From Flavobacteriales bacterium (GTDB taxonomy: Bacteria > Bacteroidota > Bacteroidia > Palsa-965), in the NCBI GenBank assembly GCA_040377305.1, contig JBEIPA010000006.1:166770-230769 (forward strand): a DNA stretch of 64,000 nt, given 5' to 3'. The translations under genes and the position numbers were made by a program. This document shows positions 18,597 to 28,927 of the stretch, one piece after another (position 1 is the stretch's first letter; the number at the start of each line of letters is the position of its first letter). The notes beneath the pieces are model-generated. The model saw nothing but the letters and a program-made list of their open reading frames with translations. It did no database searches and had not been told where the DNA came from.

Positions 18597-20477
18597 ATGG
18601 CATATTCAGGACGCTCCGGATCGCGTAAACCGGGTGGAAACAGCGGAAATAGAGGGAAAAGTGGCTCAAAGCCACCATTTAAGCGTGGCGGAAGCTCACG
18701 TGGCGACGACGATCGTCCGGCATTCAAAAAGAAATCTTACGGGGATCGCGACGACAAACCGGCGTTCAAGAAGAAACCATTTGGTGATAAGCCAGCATTC
18801 AAACGTCGCGATGACGGAGATGATCGCCCGAGAAAATCATACGGCGACAAACCGGCATTCGGTGATAAACCAGCGTTCAAACGTCGTAGTTCTGACGGTG
18901 ATGATCGTCCGAGAAAATCATACGGCGATCGCGATGACAAACCAGCATTCAAACGTCGTAGTTCTGACGGTGATGATCGTCCGAGAAAATCGTACGGTGA
19001 TCGCGATGATAAACCAGCATTCAAACGCCGCAGTTCTGACGGTGATGATCGTCCGAGAAAATCGTACGGTGATCGTGATGATAAACCAGCGTTCAAACGC
19101 CGCAGTTCTGACGGTGATGATCGTCCGAGAAAATCTTTCGGCGATCGCGATGATAAACCAGCATTCAAACGCCGCGAAGGTGGAGATGATCGTCCGAGAA
19201 AGTCGTACGGAGATCGTGATGATAAGCCAGCATTCAAACGTCGCGAAGGCGGTGATGATCGTCCGAGAAAATCGTACGGTGATCGTGATGATAAACCAGC
19301 GTTCAAACGTCGCGAAGACGGTGATGATCGTCCGAGAAAATCATTCGGAGATCGTGATGACAAACCAGCATTCAAACGTCGCGAAGGCGGTGATGATCGC
19401 AGACGCAGTAGCTCTGATCGTCCTGCGTTCCGCAAACCATTTGGGGATCGCGGAGCAAAACCATCGTGGAAACGCGGTGATAGAAACGAAGGTTCATACG
19501 GAGATAAGAAACGTGGTGGTGGAGATGGTGAATGGAAAACATTCGACAACCAGGACGAAGCAAGTGCTTTCAAGAAAAGTTATACGCCGAGAAAAGCGCA
19601 TCGCGGACAAGAAGATGAAGGTGATGGATCAATTCGTCTGAACAAATTCGTTGCGAATACAGGTTTATGTTCACGTCGCGAAGCTGATGAAATGATTGAG
19701 GCTGGTGTGATCAAAGTGAACGGTGTAATTGTAACGCAGCTTGGAACGAAAGTGAATCCCGGCGATACAGTTCATTACGGCGATCAGCTTTTGCGTCGTG
19801 AGAAATTGGTTTATGTTCTCCTGAACAAACCGAAAGATTACATCACTACAACGGATGACCCACAGGAACGCAAAACAGTTCTTGATCTCGTGACTGGTGC
19901 AGGTGAAGAAAGAATTTATCCGGTAGGTCGTCTCGACAGAAACACAACCGGAATTCTGTTGCTCACAAACGACGGCGATCTTGCTGAACGTATGATGCAT
20001 CCGAAGTACAACGTTGAGAAAATTTATCAGGTGAGTCTCGACATGAATCTTCGCAAAGAAGACTTCGACAAAATTCTCGAAGGAATCGAACTCGAAGACG
20101 GTTACATCAAAGCCGACGATCTCAGTTTCGTTGGCGATGGAGAAGATCACAAAGAAGTTGGAGTTGTTCTTCACTCAGGCCGCAATCGTATTGTGCGTCG
20201 CGTGTTCGAACATCTTGGCTACACCGTAAAAGGTCTCGACCGTGTTGCGTATGCAGGACTCACCAAAAAGAACGTTCCGAAAGGAAAATGGCGCTTTTTG
20301 GAACCAAAAGAAGTTGGTTTCCTGAAAATGCAGGTTGGTGGCGACAAGCAAAAAGGTCGCACTAGTGAAGGCGGAAACAAAAACGCGGGCCGCGGAAAAC
20401 GTGGTGTTGCAGAGAAACCGGCACCTGTGAGAAAGACGAAGAAGGTTAAAGAACCGGATACGGATACAGAGGACTAG
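18597..20477 (+). CDS. rluB: rRNA pseudouridine synthase (RsuA/RluB family) with a long repetitive N-terminal extension
   Basis: S4 domain RLNKFVANTGLCSRREAD, LLNKPK, catalytic YPVGRLDRNTTG, SGRNRIVRR. Confidence 0.88.
   Translation: MAYSGRSGSRKPGGNSGNRGKSGSKPPFKRGGSSRGDDDRPAFKKKSYGDRDDKPAFKKKPFGDKPAFKRRDDGDDRPRKSYGDKPAFGDKPAFKRRSSDGDDRPRKSYGDRDDKPAFKRRSSDGDDRPRKSYGDRDDKPAFKRRSSDGDDRPRKSYGDRDDKPAFKRRSSDGDDRPRKSFGDRDDKPAFKRREGGDDRPRKSYGDRDDKPAFKRREGGDDRPRKSYGDRDDKPAFKRREDGDDRPRKSFGDRDDKPAFKRREGGDDRRRSSSDRPAFRKPFGDRGAKPSWKRGDRNEGSYGDKKRGGGDGEWKTFDNQDEASAFKKSYTPRKAHRGQEDEGDGSIRLNKFVANTGLCSRREADEMIEAGVIKVNGVIVTQLGTKVNPGDTVHYGDQLLRREKLVYVLLNKPKDYITTTDDPQERKTVLDLVTGAGEERIYPVGRLDRNTTGILLLTNDGDLAERMMHPKYNVEKIYQVSLDMNLRKEDFDKILEGIELEDGYIKADDLSFVGDGEDHKEVGVVLHSGRNRIVRRVFEHLGYTVKGLDRVAYAGLTKKNVPKGKWRFLEPKEVGFLKMQVGGDKQKGRTSEGGNKNAGRGKRGVAEKPAPVRKTKKVKEPDTDTED
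18882..19400 (+). repeat. Coding tandem repeat: 4 x 72 bp, 3 x 69 bp and partial units
   Basis: RRSSDGDDRPRKS(Y/F)GDRDDKPAFK x4, then RRE(G/D)GDDRPRKS(Y/F)GDRDDKPAFK x3. Confidence 0.95.
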
Positions 20478-20560
20478 GCTCAATGGAACGCGGATTTTGA
20501 TGTCCGTTGTTTTCTAGTCGTTCCACCGGATCATTTCGGTAAATTGAAAAACTAGGTTTC

Positions 20561-20598
20561 GATTTTATGAGATAAGCTTGAGTTTATCTCATAAAATC
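20561..20598. repeat. Inverted repeat with perfect 15-bp arms
   Basis: gattttatgagataa-gcttgagt-ttatctcataaaatc. Confidence 0.75.
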
Positions 20599-20767
20599 CA
20601 AATTCACGGTTATTGTATTTACAACACTGAACAAAAAACCCACCTAACCCCCCACGGACACCAAAACCCGCGTTCCCATCCCACCTCCCAATTAACATTT
20701 GGCTCTTAATACTTCCACAGCAGGTATACGAAACCGCGACTAACGCCGTTCTAACTTTACCTGTCCG

Positions 20768-23437
20768 ATGGAAGAAACGCTGCAAGAGGTAGATCAGGTA
20801 AGCAAAACGCGCCGACCGTGGTGGAAGAAAATCTTCCGCGCGTTCTTCTGGTTGGGCGGAATCGTCACTTTTCTTTTTGCGTTACTCATCGTTCTCACGT
20901 TTGTGTTTGAGGATGACATCAAAAAATATGTCACCGAAGAACTGAACACACATCTCAACACGAAAATCATTGTTGCTCCTGATGATATCAATCTCACGTT
21001 CATCAAAGATTTTCCACTCGCTTCAATTGAGTTCGAAAATGTAACTGCACTTGACGCGACGAACGACACCATTTCCCGCGACACATTGTTCAGTGCCGGC
21101 GAAGTGTCGTTCTCATTCAGCATTCTCGACATCTTCCGCGAGAACTACACCATCCGGAATATTGCGCTCGAAGACGGAATGGTTGATGTGCGCGTTGATA
21201 AAAACGGAAACGACAACTACCACTTTCTGAAATCAGACACGCTAGCAACAGCCAGCGATTCCAGTGAAGTTGCATTCGCCCTGGAAGAAATTACTTTCAC
21301 GAATGTTGATTTGGGTTACAGCGATGCTCCTTCCGAAAGCATGTACAAGCTGCATGTGAATGATCTGGTATTCGCCGGAGATTTTGCCAGCGGAGAATTT
21401 GCTCTGGAAACCGAAGCCGACTTTCTGATCGAAGAACTGAAACAGAAAGATGTTTCACTCTTCAAAGGAAACTATGGTCACCTCAATCTCGGGATGAACA
21501 TTAACACCAAAAGCGGAAGTTACGCAATCACTACCGGCGAATTGCAGATCGCAGAATTCATGCTGGATCTTTCCGGCAACATTCAGGACAAACAGAACAA
21601 TTATCTCGTCGATCTGCTCATCAAAGGTCAGGACGTTGATATTGCTTCTGCGATTTCACTTCTCCCCGACTCTGCACGCACCAACATTGCCGACTTCGAA
21701 AGCACGGGAGAATTTTATTTCGAAGCCACTGTGAAAGGATTGTCGGGCGATACGCTTACGCCGGATGTTGAAGCCAACTTCGGTATTCGCAATGGCGCAA
21801 CGTTGACGAAGAAGAATTCCGGAATTACGTTGAGCGACATTAGTCTTGCCGGTTTATACTCCAACGCTAACAACAGCGATCGACTCGAGATTTCAGAATT
21901 CACTGCAAGCACATCAAAGAGTAAACTCAAAGGATCTTTCTTCATGAAAGGAAAGAATCCGGAGTATGCTGCTTCACTCAGCGGAAATATTGATCTGGCG
22001 GAGCTGCAGGAAATCTTTGAATTTGACACCATCGACGCGATGAGCGGAAAGATGGATATACACTTTGACGCTTCGGGCATGCAGGTCGATCCGGGTTCAC
22101 TTACCGCTGCTGATTTGCGCAAATTCAAAACGTGGGGCGATCTGAAACTCACGGATGCAATGTTCAGGACGAAAAATTCTTCACTCGACGGTGATAGTCT
22201 TAACGGACAACTCACCTTTGACGGAAATAATGTCAGCATCAAACAATTCTCCGGCAATTACAGCGGAAGTGATTTCGTAATCAGCGGTTCGGTTAAAAAT
22301 CTCCTCGGTTTTGCTTTCACTGATGAAGAAATACTGGCCATAGACGGCGAAGTGACTTCGAGAAACCTGAATCTTGATAAATTGCTCGCGAGCGATCAAA
22401 CAGCAAGCAACAACAATTCAGCTTACGAACTTGTTCTTCCTGAACGGCTGAAGCTTCATCTCAATGCAAATGTGAGACATACCAAGTTTTGTCGCTTTGA
22501 AGCCGACGCAATTACGGGCACCGTCGACATCAAAAACAAAACGCTGTATGCGAATAATGTCAGCTTCCGTTCCATGGAAGGAATTATTACAGGAAACGGA
22601 ACGATAGATGCAACCGGCGATTCATTGCTGATTACGTGCAATTCGAAAATCTCCAATGTAAACATCACCAAAATGTTTTACGTGTTTGAGAACTTCGGAC
22701 AGGATTCGCTGAACCCAACACTTGGCGACAAAAACGTAAGCGGCATTCTGAATTCCGATGTTACGTTCGCATCCATGTGGGATACGAAGCTCAACGTGAA
22801 CGAAAAACAGATTTACACCTTTGCCGATGTTTCCATTGAGAAAGGTGAACTGAGAAATTTCGAACCACTCCTGGCACTATCACGTTTCATCAGTGTGGAT
22901 GAGCTCAAGGCAATTAAGTTCAATACGCTCAAGAACACGATTGAAATTAAGAACCGTGTTGTGAGTCTGCCGAAGATGGAAATCAAATCTTCTGCTGTCG
23001 ATCTTGCCATGAGCGGCACGCACGACTTTGATAATATGATCGATTATCACTTTGTTGTTTCTCTCGACGAGCTACGTGCGCGCAAAGCAAAGACATCCAA
23101 AAAAGAGAATGACGAGTTCGGTGAAGAAGTGGAAGAAGATGGTTCACGTCGCTACAAACTTTATGTTGCCATGAAAGGTCCCATCGACGATCCGAAAATT
23201 ACTTACATGGATCGAAAAGGTTTTATTGAGCAGAAGAAAGAAGAAATCCGTCAGGAGAAACAAAACCTGAAAGAAATCCTGAACAAGGAATTCGGCTGGT
23301 TCAAGAAAGATTCTACGATCAACCAAGAAGACGAAAAAGATCCGAAAGACAAGAAGAAGAACAAGGACGACAAAGGTACCATCGACTTCAAGAAAGGGAA
23401 GGATGAAGAGGATGCGCCTGAGGGGGATGATTTTTAA
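20768..23437 (+). CDS. AsmA-like (bridge-like lipid transfer) protein
   Basis: N-terminal TM anchor, long beta-taco region, C-terminal FNTLKNTIEIKN...IKSSAVDLAMSGTHDFDNMIDYH typical of Bacteroidota AsmA-like proteins. Confidence 0.85.
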   Translation: MEETLQEVDQVSKTRRPWWKKIFRAFFWLGGIVTFLFALLIVLTFVFEDDIKKYVTEELNTHLNTKIIVAPDDINLTFIKDFPLASIEFENVTALDATNDTISRDTLFSAGEVSFSFSILDIFRENYTIRNIALEDGMVDVRVDKNGNDNYHFLKSDTLATASDSSEVAFALEEITFTNVDLGYSDAPSESMYKLHVNDLVFAGDFASGEFALETEADFLIEELKQKDVSLFKGNYGHLNLGMNINTKSGSYAITTGELQIAEFMLDLSGNIQDKQNNYLVDLLIKGQDVDIASAISLLPDSARTNIADFESTGEFYFEATVKGLSGDTLTPDVEANFGIRNGATLTKKNSGITLSDISLAGLYSNANNSDRLEISEFTASTSKSKLKGSFFMKGKNPEYAASLSGNIDLAELQEIFEFDTIDAMSGKMDIHFDASGMQVDPGSLTAADLRKFKTWGDLKLTDAMFRTKNSSLDGDSLNGQLTFDGNNVSIKQFSGNYSGSDFVISGSVKNLLGFAFTDEEILAIDGEVTSRNLNLDKLLASDQTASNNNSAYELVLPERLKLHLNANVRHTKFCRFEADAITGTVDIKNKTLYANNVSFRSMEGIITGNGTIDATGDSLLITCNSKISNVNITKMFYVFENFGQDSLNPTLGDKNVSGILNSDVTFASMWDTKLNVNEKQIYTFADVSIEKGELRNFEPLLALSRFISVDELKAIKFNTLKNTIEIKNRVVSLPKMEIKSSAVDLAMSGTHDFDNMIDYHFVVSLDELRARKAKTSKKENDEFGEEVEEDGSRRYKLYVAMKGPIDDPKITYMDRKGFIEQKKEEIRQEKQNLKEILNKEFGWFKKDSTINQEDEKDPKDKKKNKDDKGTIDFKKGKDEEDAPEGDDF

Positions 23438-23448
23438 CCCCGGAAGTG

Positions 23449-23499
23449 GGAGCGCGGATTTTGAAGTACAGCCGTTGTTAGTTCTTCAAAATCCGCGTT
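23449..23499. terminator. Bidirectional hairpin/REP-like element between convergent genes
   Basis: cgcggattttgaag...cttcaaaatccgcgtttt; related arms at ~20484 (ggaacgcggatttt) and ~20663 (aaaacccgcgttcc). Confidence 0.55.
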
Positions 23500-23536
23500 T
23501 TTCATTTCACATAACCCACGTTGCCTTTTAGAACGA

Positions 23537-25915
23537 TCAGAATTCAATCCTGTAACTCAACACCGGAATCAAAGGAGCCTGATAATTCCACTCCACAGAA
23601 TTTTTATCGGCATCATAGTATTTGTTGAATACGTTTTTTCGATTCGAAACATTCTGAATGTCGAGTGAAACAGTGCTTGTCCACTTTGCGTAGTTGCGCT
23701 TTACACTCACGCGAATATCAGTGCGGAAATAGTCGGGCATTTTTTCCGTGAATGCATTCACTTCGTCATACACCGTACTTCCTTCCATTTGCGATTGCGT
23801 GAGATTGATCGGACTGTCGTAGTAACCTCCTGCGTAAATGAACTTGACGTTGCATCCTATTACACGTCCTTTGCGCTTCTCGCTTAGTGTCCACTCTTTA
23901 CCACCCGTGAAGGTTACGAGATACTTTCCGTTGTAGCGGGAATTGCGCCAAACACCTTCCAGGGTTTTGTAATTGGAATTGAACAACGAGCCCGACCAGA
24001 GGAAGTACGATCCTTTGCTGAAGAACTTTTCGAACGTAACTTCGAGTCCGTAGTTTCTACCCTTGCCTTCCGACACCAGACTATCGCGCACACCATCCCA
24101 GATTTCATTCGAAAGGGAATATGTACTCGACGCGCTTGCTCCAACCGGAAGATTGTACAACCACTGATGATACGCTTCCACTTTCACCCGCAAATCCTGC
24201 GCAATGCTTCTGTCGTATGACAACACCAGGTGGTGCGCCTTCAACAGATCGAGATCGGTGTTTGTGGTGATGGAAGTTCCGTCGGCGAAATTCGTTTTCG
24301 TAAAGTAAGCGGCGAGCGGAAGAACCTGGCTGTGTAAACCATATCCAAGACTCACAGATTGACGGTCGGTGAGCGCATAACGCACAGACGCTCGTGGCTC
24401 AACGGAAATCTTGTTGTTCAATGCCAGGTACAAGGAATGAAATCCGCTATTCAGCGTAAGCTTTTCCGTTGGGCGATATTGCCATTGTGTAAAAGCCTGC
24501 AGCACTTGCGTTGTACCATTTGCATTCGTGAAGTTCTTCGTGACCTGATCCACTTCGTCGTAGTAGTGCCCGTTGAGCTTATAGCCCTGATGGCTTGCTA
24601 TCACTCCGGAACGAAACGTGTGGTGTGTATTGACCTTGTTCGTCAACACCGCAGAAACGGTGAACTTATTCTGAGCGTACGAATTGAAAAATGTTTCACG
24701 CGTGGTATAATCGTTGAGCGTGTAAATTTCCTTATAGCCAATCGCCGTTGAAGATGCTACTGCTGCAACTTTGAGATACGAATGATCACTCATGGATTTA
24801 CTCCACGTCATTCCCGACGCACCGGTGTTGGCGAAAAACTTGCTGGAGTAACGATCCCAGTCAGTTTCCCACAATGTTGAATCGTGTTTTGCCTTGTACA
24901 CTTCGCTGCTTAATCCGCCGAAGCCGAAGAAAGTGAACGTTCCGTACTTGTCTGTTGGAAGAACAATGTTGTACGACAAATCCTGGAACGTAGTCACTCC
25001 TCCGTCGCCGAGAATCCCCATCTTCCCGAGCAAGCCCAATGTTGAATAGCGGTAATTTACGAGATAAGATCCACGATGCTTTCGCGACAACGGACCTTCT
25101 GCCGCAACATCCATTCCGAGAACCCCGGCCTGAAATGTAAACTCGGTTTGTTCGTTGTTCCCTTTGCGCAAACGCAGATCGAAAACTCCCGACGATGCAT
25201 TTCCGTATTCAGAAGCAAATGCCCCCGTCACGAAATCAGAATTCGCCAACAACTGCGCGCTCAAAATAGAAATTCCTCCACCTGCTGCGCCCGGACTTGA
25301 AAAGTGATTTGGATTCGGAACTTCTACGCCTTCCATTCTCCACAACAAACCGTTCGGTGCATTACCACGAATGGAAATAAAATTGTTTCCGTCCATCACA
25401 CTGGCAACACCCGCATAAGCAAGTGCAGCCCGTGCAGGATCATTCACTGCGGCAGCATAACGTTGTGTTTCTTCCACAGAAACTGTTCTTGCGCTTACGG
25501 TCGACATGTCGTTCAACGGAACTTTCTTGTCGGCGGAGATTACAACTTCTTTGTTCATCACTACATTCTCGTCCATCTCAATGTAGAGCACAACTTCTTT
25601 TCCGGACGTCACAGCAACGTCACTCAGAATTACTTCTTTGTACCCGAGAAAAGTGATTTTGAATGACTGGCGTCCAACAGGCACCGCTTCAAGCTTGAAG
25701 TTGCCATCGAGATCGGTCGCTGTACCTTTTGATGGAACAAGATTAATCACCTGAACAATTGCGCCCGTGATTGGCGATTTCACGAGTCTGTCAACCACAG
25801 TACCGCGCACAGTTTGTGTAAGTGATTGCGCCGGAAGAATGGAACACAACAGCATCAGAGTCGCAATTAGAAACCCGATCTGTGCAACTCGTTTCGAGAG
25901 AAAAAGAAAGTTCAT
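23537..25915 (-). CDS. TonB-dependent receptor (CarboxypepD_reg + plug + barrel, no STN domain)
   Basis: QTVRGTVVD...GTATDLDGNF, plug ISIRGNAP...WRMEGVEVPNPNHF, EYGNASSGVFD, C-terminal YRIEF. Confidence 0.92.
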   Translation of the reverse strand: MNFLFLSKRVAQIGFLIATLMLLCSILPAQSLTQTVRGTVVDRLVKSPITGAIVQVINLVPSKGTATDLDGNFKLEAVPVGRQSFKITFLGYKEVILSDVAVTSGKEVVLYIEMDENVVMNKEVVISADKKVPLNDMSTVSARTVSVEETQRYAAAVNDPARAALAYAGVASVMDGNNFISIRGNAPNGLLWRMEGVEVPNPNHFSSPGAAGGGISILSAQLLANSDFVTGAFASEYGNASSGVFDLRLRKGNNEQTEFTFQAGVLGMDVAAEGPLSRKHRGSYLVNYRYSTLGLLGKMGILGDGGVTTFQDLSYNIVLPTDKYGTFTFFGFGGLSSEVYKAKHDSTLWETDWDRYSSKFFANTGASGMTWSKSMSDHSYLKVAAVASSTAIGYKEIYTLNDYTTRETFFNSYAQNKFTVSAVLTNKVNTHHTFRSGVIASHQGYKLNGHYYDEVDQVTKNFTNANGTTQVLQAFTQWQYRPTEKLTLNSGFHSLYLALNNKISVEPRASVRYALTDRQSVSLGYGLHSQVLPLAAYFTKTNFADGTSITTNTDLDLLKAHHLVLSYDRSIAQDLRVKVEAYHQWLYNLPVGASASSTYSLSNEIWDGVRDSLVSEGKGRNYGLEVTFEKFFSKGSYFLWSGSLFNSNYKTLEGVWRNSRYNGKYLVTFTGGKEWTLSEKRKGRVIGCNVKFIYAGGYYDSPINLTQSQMEGSTVYDEVNAFTEKMPDYFRTDIRVSVKRNYAKWTSTVSLDIQNVSNRKNVFNKYYDADKNSVEWNYQAPLIPVLSYRIEF

Positions 25916-25933
25916 AGAATATGTTCTGTTTAA

Positions 25934-27049
25934 TTAAAAGAAACGGAGTGAAACATTTGCACCTACCCATGCTTTTGCGCTCCAACGATTGTCGTATGTC
26001 TGCGCGAAGAAATAGTAAGGAGCAATTCCGGTCACGGGCAATTCATTACCCGATGGATTGAGATCTGTCACAAACACATTGAGTGTTGGACCTGCGGCCA
26101 GTGAAAGATTCTTCGTGATATGAAGATCAAGCGTAAGACTCATCTTCCACAAATCACTGAGCGATTCAGAAAAGTCTCCCTTGCTGATATGATAATTCAC
26201 AACATCAAGACCAAGATCGAGACGGCGATTGAGTTTTGTGCTGGACCCGATTCCATAACCGAATCCCCAGACAATATCACGCTCGCGCGGATCTGCTATT
26301 ACTGAAAAGATATTGTGAAAACGATCGCTACCGGTGCGGAAAGCTAAATTCATCGGTGTAGTTTCATTCCAACCTACTTCAATCTTGTGGTAACCGTGAC
26401 GCGCGAAACTGAAGAGACCGATCATCACACCATCAACACTGTCAGCGAAATTAACTACGCCTACCTGAACGCCTTTCACATTCTGTGCAATGTTCACTCC
26501 TCCGCTTAACTGCACGCCGGTTACGGTTCCTGAAGCAACATTCCATCCGCCCGCTACCTGCAATCCATGCACATCGTTTGCATAGTTCACACCACCTGAT
26601 GCTTGCAACTGATGCACATCTCCACCCGCAATGTTCAATCCTCCGCTCATTTGTATTCCGTACACATCACGATCCGTAACATTCATTCCACCCGTCAACT
26701 GAATACCGCGAACATTTCCGTGAACTGTATTCAATCCGCCGGAAACCTGTGCGCCAGTGAGTGAATCTGATGCGTGATTATTCAATCCGGCGATCTGACA
26801 ACCATTCATTGTGCCGCGACCGATATTGAAAATGCCCGCAACCTGAATACCGTTATATCCGTCGGGCGCTACATTTCCTATTGCGGCTATTTGTGTGTGC
26901 TCAGTTCCAACTCCAATGATTGTAAAGTAAACCGGGTGGTTCATCGGAATCGAATCGGGAACGCGAATCTTAATTTCCTTGATTGTGTCTTGTGCAGAAA
27001 GCGTATGTGCACAAATGATTGACAGTAGAAGCAGATAAATATTTTTCAT
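25934..27049 (-). CDS. Outer-membrane protein with ~15-aa G-x-Q-x-x-G-G-x-N repeats and a C-terminal beta-barrel
   Basis: Signal peptide; about 10 repeats such as GIQVAGIFN/GAQVSGGLN/GIQLTGGMN; amphipathic strands ending VSLRFF; paralogous to the C-terminal part of 27102..28925. Confidence 0.75.
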   Translation of the reverse strand: MKNIYLLLLSIICAHTLSAQDTIKEIKIRVPDSIPMNHPVYFTIIGVGTEHTQIAAIGNVAPDGYNGIQVAGIFNIGRGTMNGCQIAGLNNHASDSLTGAQVSGGLNTVHGNVRGIQLTGGMNVTDRDVYGIQMSGGLNIAGGDVHQLQASGGVNYANDVHGLQVAGGWNVASGTVTGVQLSGGVNIAQNVKGVQVGVVNFADSVDGVMIGLFSFARHGYHKIEVGWNETTPMNLAFRTGSDRFHNIFSVIADPRERDIVWGFGYGIGSSTKLNRRLDLGLDVVNYHISKGDFSESLSDLWKMSLTLDLHITKNLSLAAGPTLNVFVTDLNPSGNELPVTGIAPYYFFAQTYDNRWSAKAWVGANVSLRFF

Positions 27050-27067
27050 AACAGATGTATTTGCTGT

Positions 27068-27098
27068 TATGACAGATCCCGGGCGCCTTACCCCTACG
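27068..27098 (-). promoter_or_regulatory. Putative ECF-dependent promoter CGTAGGGGTAA-N13-TGTCATA
   Basis: Same 11-mer and same spacing as 30602-30632; lies 19 nt before the 27049 start. Confidence 0.65.
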
Positions 27099-27101
27099 CG
27101 T

Positions 27102-28925
27102 TTAGAAAAATCTTACCGAAAATGTTGCGCCGACCCATGCCATGTCCTGGAATCCGGTATCAGGTGAGCCCATGAAAACGGGAGCCTGCTGAAAACGGGC
27201 AAGTTGATTCTCCCGCGCTCCGGTGATGTAATAATTGAATACGGGTCCCGCTGCAATGGCAATTGGACGCGCAAGTCTCCATTCTGCAGTTAGTGCAAAC
27301 TGTATCCACTCATTGGTATACGCAGAGAAACTGCCTTCGTTCAGGTGATGTGCAGTGAGATCCATTCCCACGTCGAAGTTCTTATGAATACCGAAACGCT
27401 GTCCAATACCGTAACCGAACGCCCAAAGAATATTTTCAGGATAAGACGGATCAAATCCGAAATTCAGGACGTTGTAAAATTTCCTTGTGCCTGTACGTAG
27501 GTTGAAATTCATAAAGCCTCTTTCGGTTGACGCAACTTCAAATTCGTGCACGCCCTCTGCGACAACACTGATTAATCCAATCGGTATTCCTGTTTCACTG
27601 GTTTGCGCGAAGTTGAAAAGTCCAATCTGTACTCCCTCTACATGAGTCGCGTAATTCACAACGCCAAACTGCAAACCGTTCAGTGTATCCATGCACATAT
27701 TCATTCCACCCGTGATCTGAAACTGGTTTACGTCACCCACTGCCATATTCAATCCGCCGGAAAGCTGAACTCCGTCCATATCTTGCGTGGCAATATTAAC
27801 TCCACCGGTGATTTGAATTCCGATCATGTGACCGTCGATAAAATTGCTTCCACCAGCGCACTGAATTCCCGTCAATGTATCAAACACAAAGTTCGATCCG
27901 CCCGTGAGCTGCAATCCTTTCACTGTGCCGAAATTTATATTCGCTCCGCCGGAAACCTGAACACCGCGCATATTTCCTTCGACCAGATTGAATCCGCCTG
28001 CGAGCTGAAAGTACTGCACATCACCACGATCAATATTGAATGCGCCTCCAACTTCAGCTACAGTCGTGCCGCCGGTGTATCCTCCAATGAGATTGAATGA
28101 ATACTTGTTGCTCACGGCTCCGCCCATTGCGCCATTCGTTGAAACAAACGGAAGAAGTGAAACTTGTCCGTTGCGTCTTAATCGCTCGGTCAGATTCTTC
28201 GATTGCATGAGTTGTGTGAAACCGATCAATGAATCGATGATCGGAATGTTTTCAATTCGCCGCTTAGGGATTATTGCAACTGTATCACTCATCGCCGGAA
28301 TCGAGTCAACAACAACAGGCGCAACAAAAACCGGAGGGGGAATTTTTCGGAGAACAATATCCACGGTTTGATTTGACGAAGGTGTTACGACAATAAAAGT
28401 GTCGATATACTTTTCACGACTCACTTTGATCCGAACAGGTCGATTGCCCGCTTCGAGTTTCAGTTCATAAAACCCGATTTGGTTGCTGAGCGTTGATACC
28501 AGTGTGATGGAGTCGTAAATACTCGTATAAGCAATTACATAGTTGTTTTCATCAATCACGTAACCGCTGATTGTGAATTCATTCTTCTGCGGTGACGCAG
28601 GCGTAGAAACAACCGGAGGTGCTGCGGCAACGAGCACAACATAATTTCCCTGTACACGAAATGAGATTGTGCTTCCGAAAATCAGACTGAGGGCTTTACG
28701 AACTGTGACCTGCCGAAAGTGAAGTGTAACTGGTTTTGAAGGATCGAATAGACGCGCATCCCAGGCGAATTCAAACTTTCCCTGAAGTGCTATATCGCGA
28801 AGAACATCGTCGGTGCGTCTATTGCTACAGTCAATGTCCACCAGCCGTTCGGGTATTGGAGGCAGCGTTTGTCCGGCGAGCTGAATCGCAAACACAATAA
28901 AGAAAAACACCAGCGCTTTGCGCAT
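27102..28925 (-). CDS. STN + CarboxypepD_reg + 15-aa repeat + beta-barrel outer-membrane protein
   Basis: STN-like segment (VDIDCSN..DVLRDIALQGKFEFAWD..VTLHFRQVTVRKALSLIFG..VQGNYVVL), FTISGYVID domain, GxQxxGGxN repeats, C-terminal SVRFF. Confidence 0.8.
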   Translation of the reverse strand: MRKALVFFFIVFAIQLAGQTLPPIPERLVDIDCSNRRTDDVLRDIALQGKFEFAWDARLFDPSKPVTLHFRQVTVRKALSLIFGSTISFRVQGNYVVLVAAAPPVVSTPASPQKNEFTISGYVIDENNYVIAYTSIYDSITLVSTLSNQIGFYELKLEAGNRPVRIKVSREKYIDTFIVVTPSSNQTVDIVLRKIPPPVFVAPVVVDSIPAMSDTVAIIPKRRIENIPIIDSLIGFTQLMQSKNLTERLRRNGQVSLLPFVSTNGAMGGAVSNKYSFNLIGGYTGGTTVAEVGGAFNIDRGDVQYFQLAGGFNLVEGNMRGVQVSGGANINFGTVKGLQLTGGSNFVFDTLTGIQCAGGSNFIDGHMIGIQITGGVNIATQDMDGVQLSGGLNMAVGDVNQFQITGGMNMCMDTLNGLQFGVVNYATHVEGVQIGLFNFAQTSETGIPIGLISVVAEGVHEFEVASTERGFMNFNLRTGTRKFYNVLNFGFDPSYPENILWAFGYGIGQRFGIHKNFDVGMDLTAHHLNEGSFSAYTNEWIQFALTAEWRLARPIAIAAGPVFNYYITGARENQLARFQQAPVFMGSPDTGFQDMAWVGATFSVRFF

Positions 28926-28927
28926 AA

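Noticed and set aside
18634-19641. Long alternative-frame (335 aa) and antisense (278 aa) ORFs
   Set aside because: By-products of the in-frame tandem repeat in the pseudouridine synthase; no independent start signals or domains
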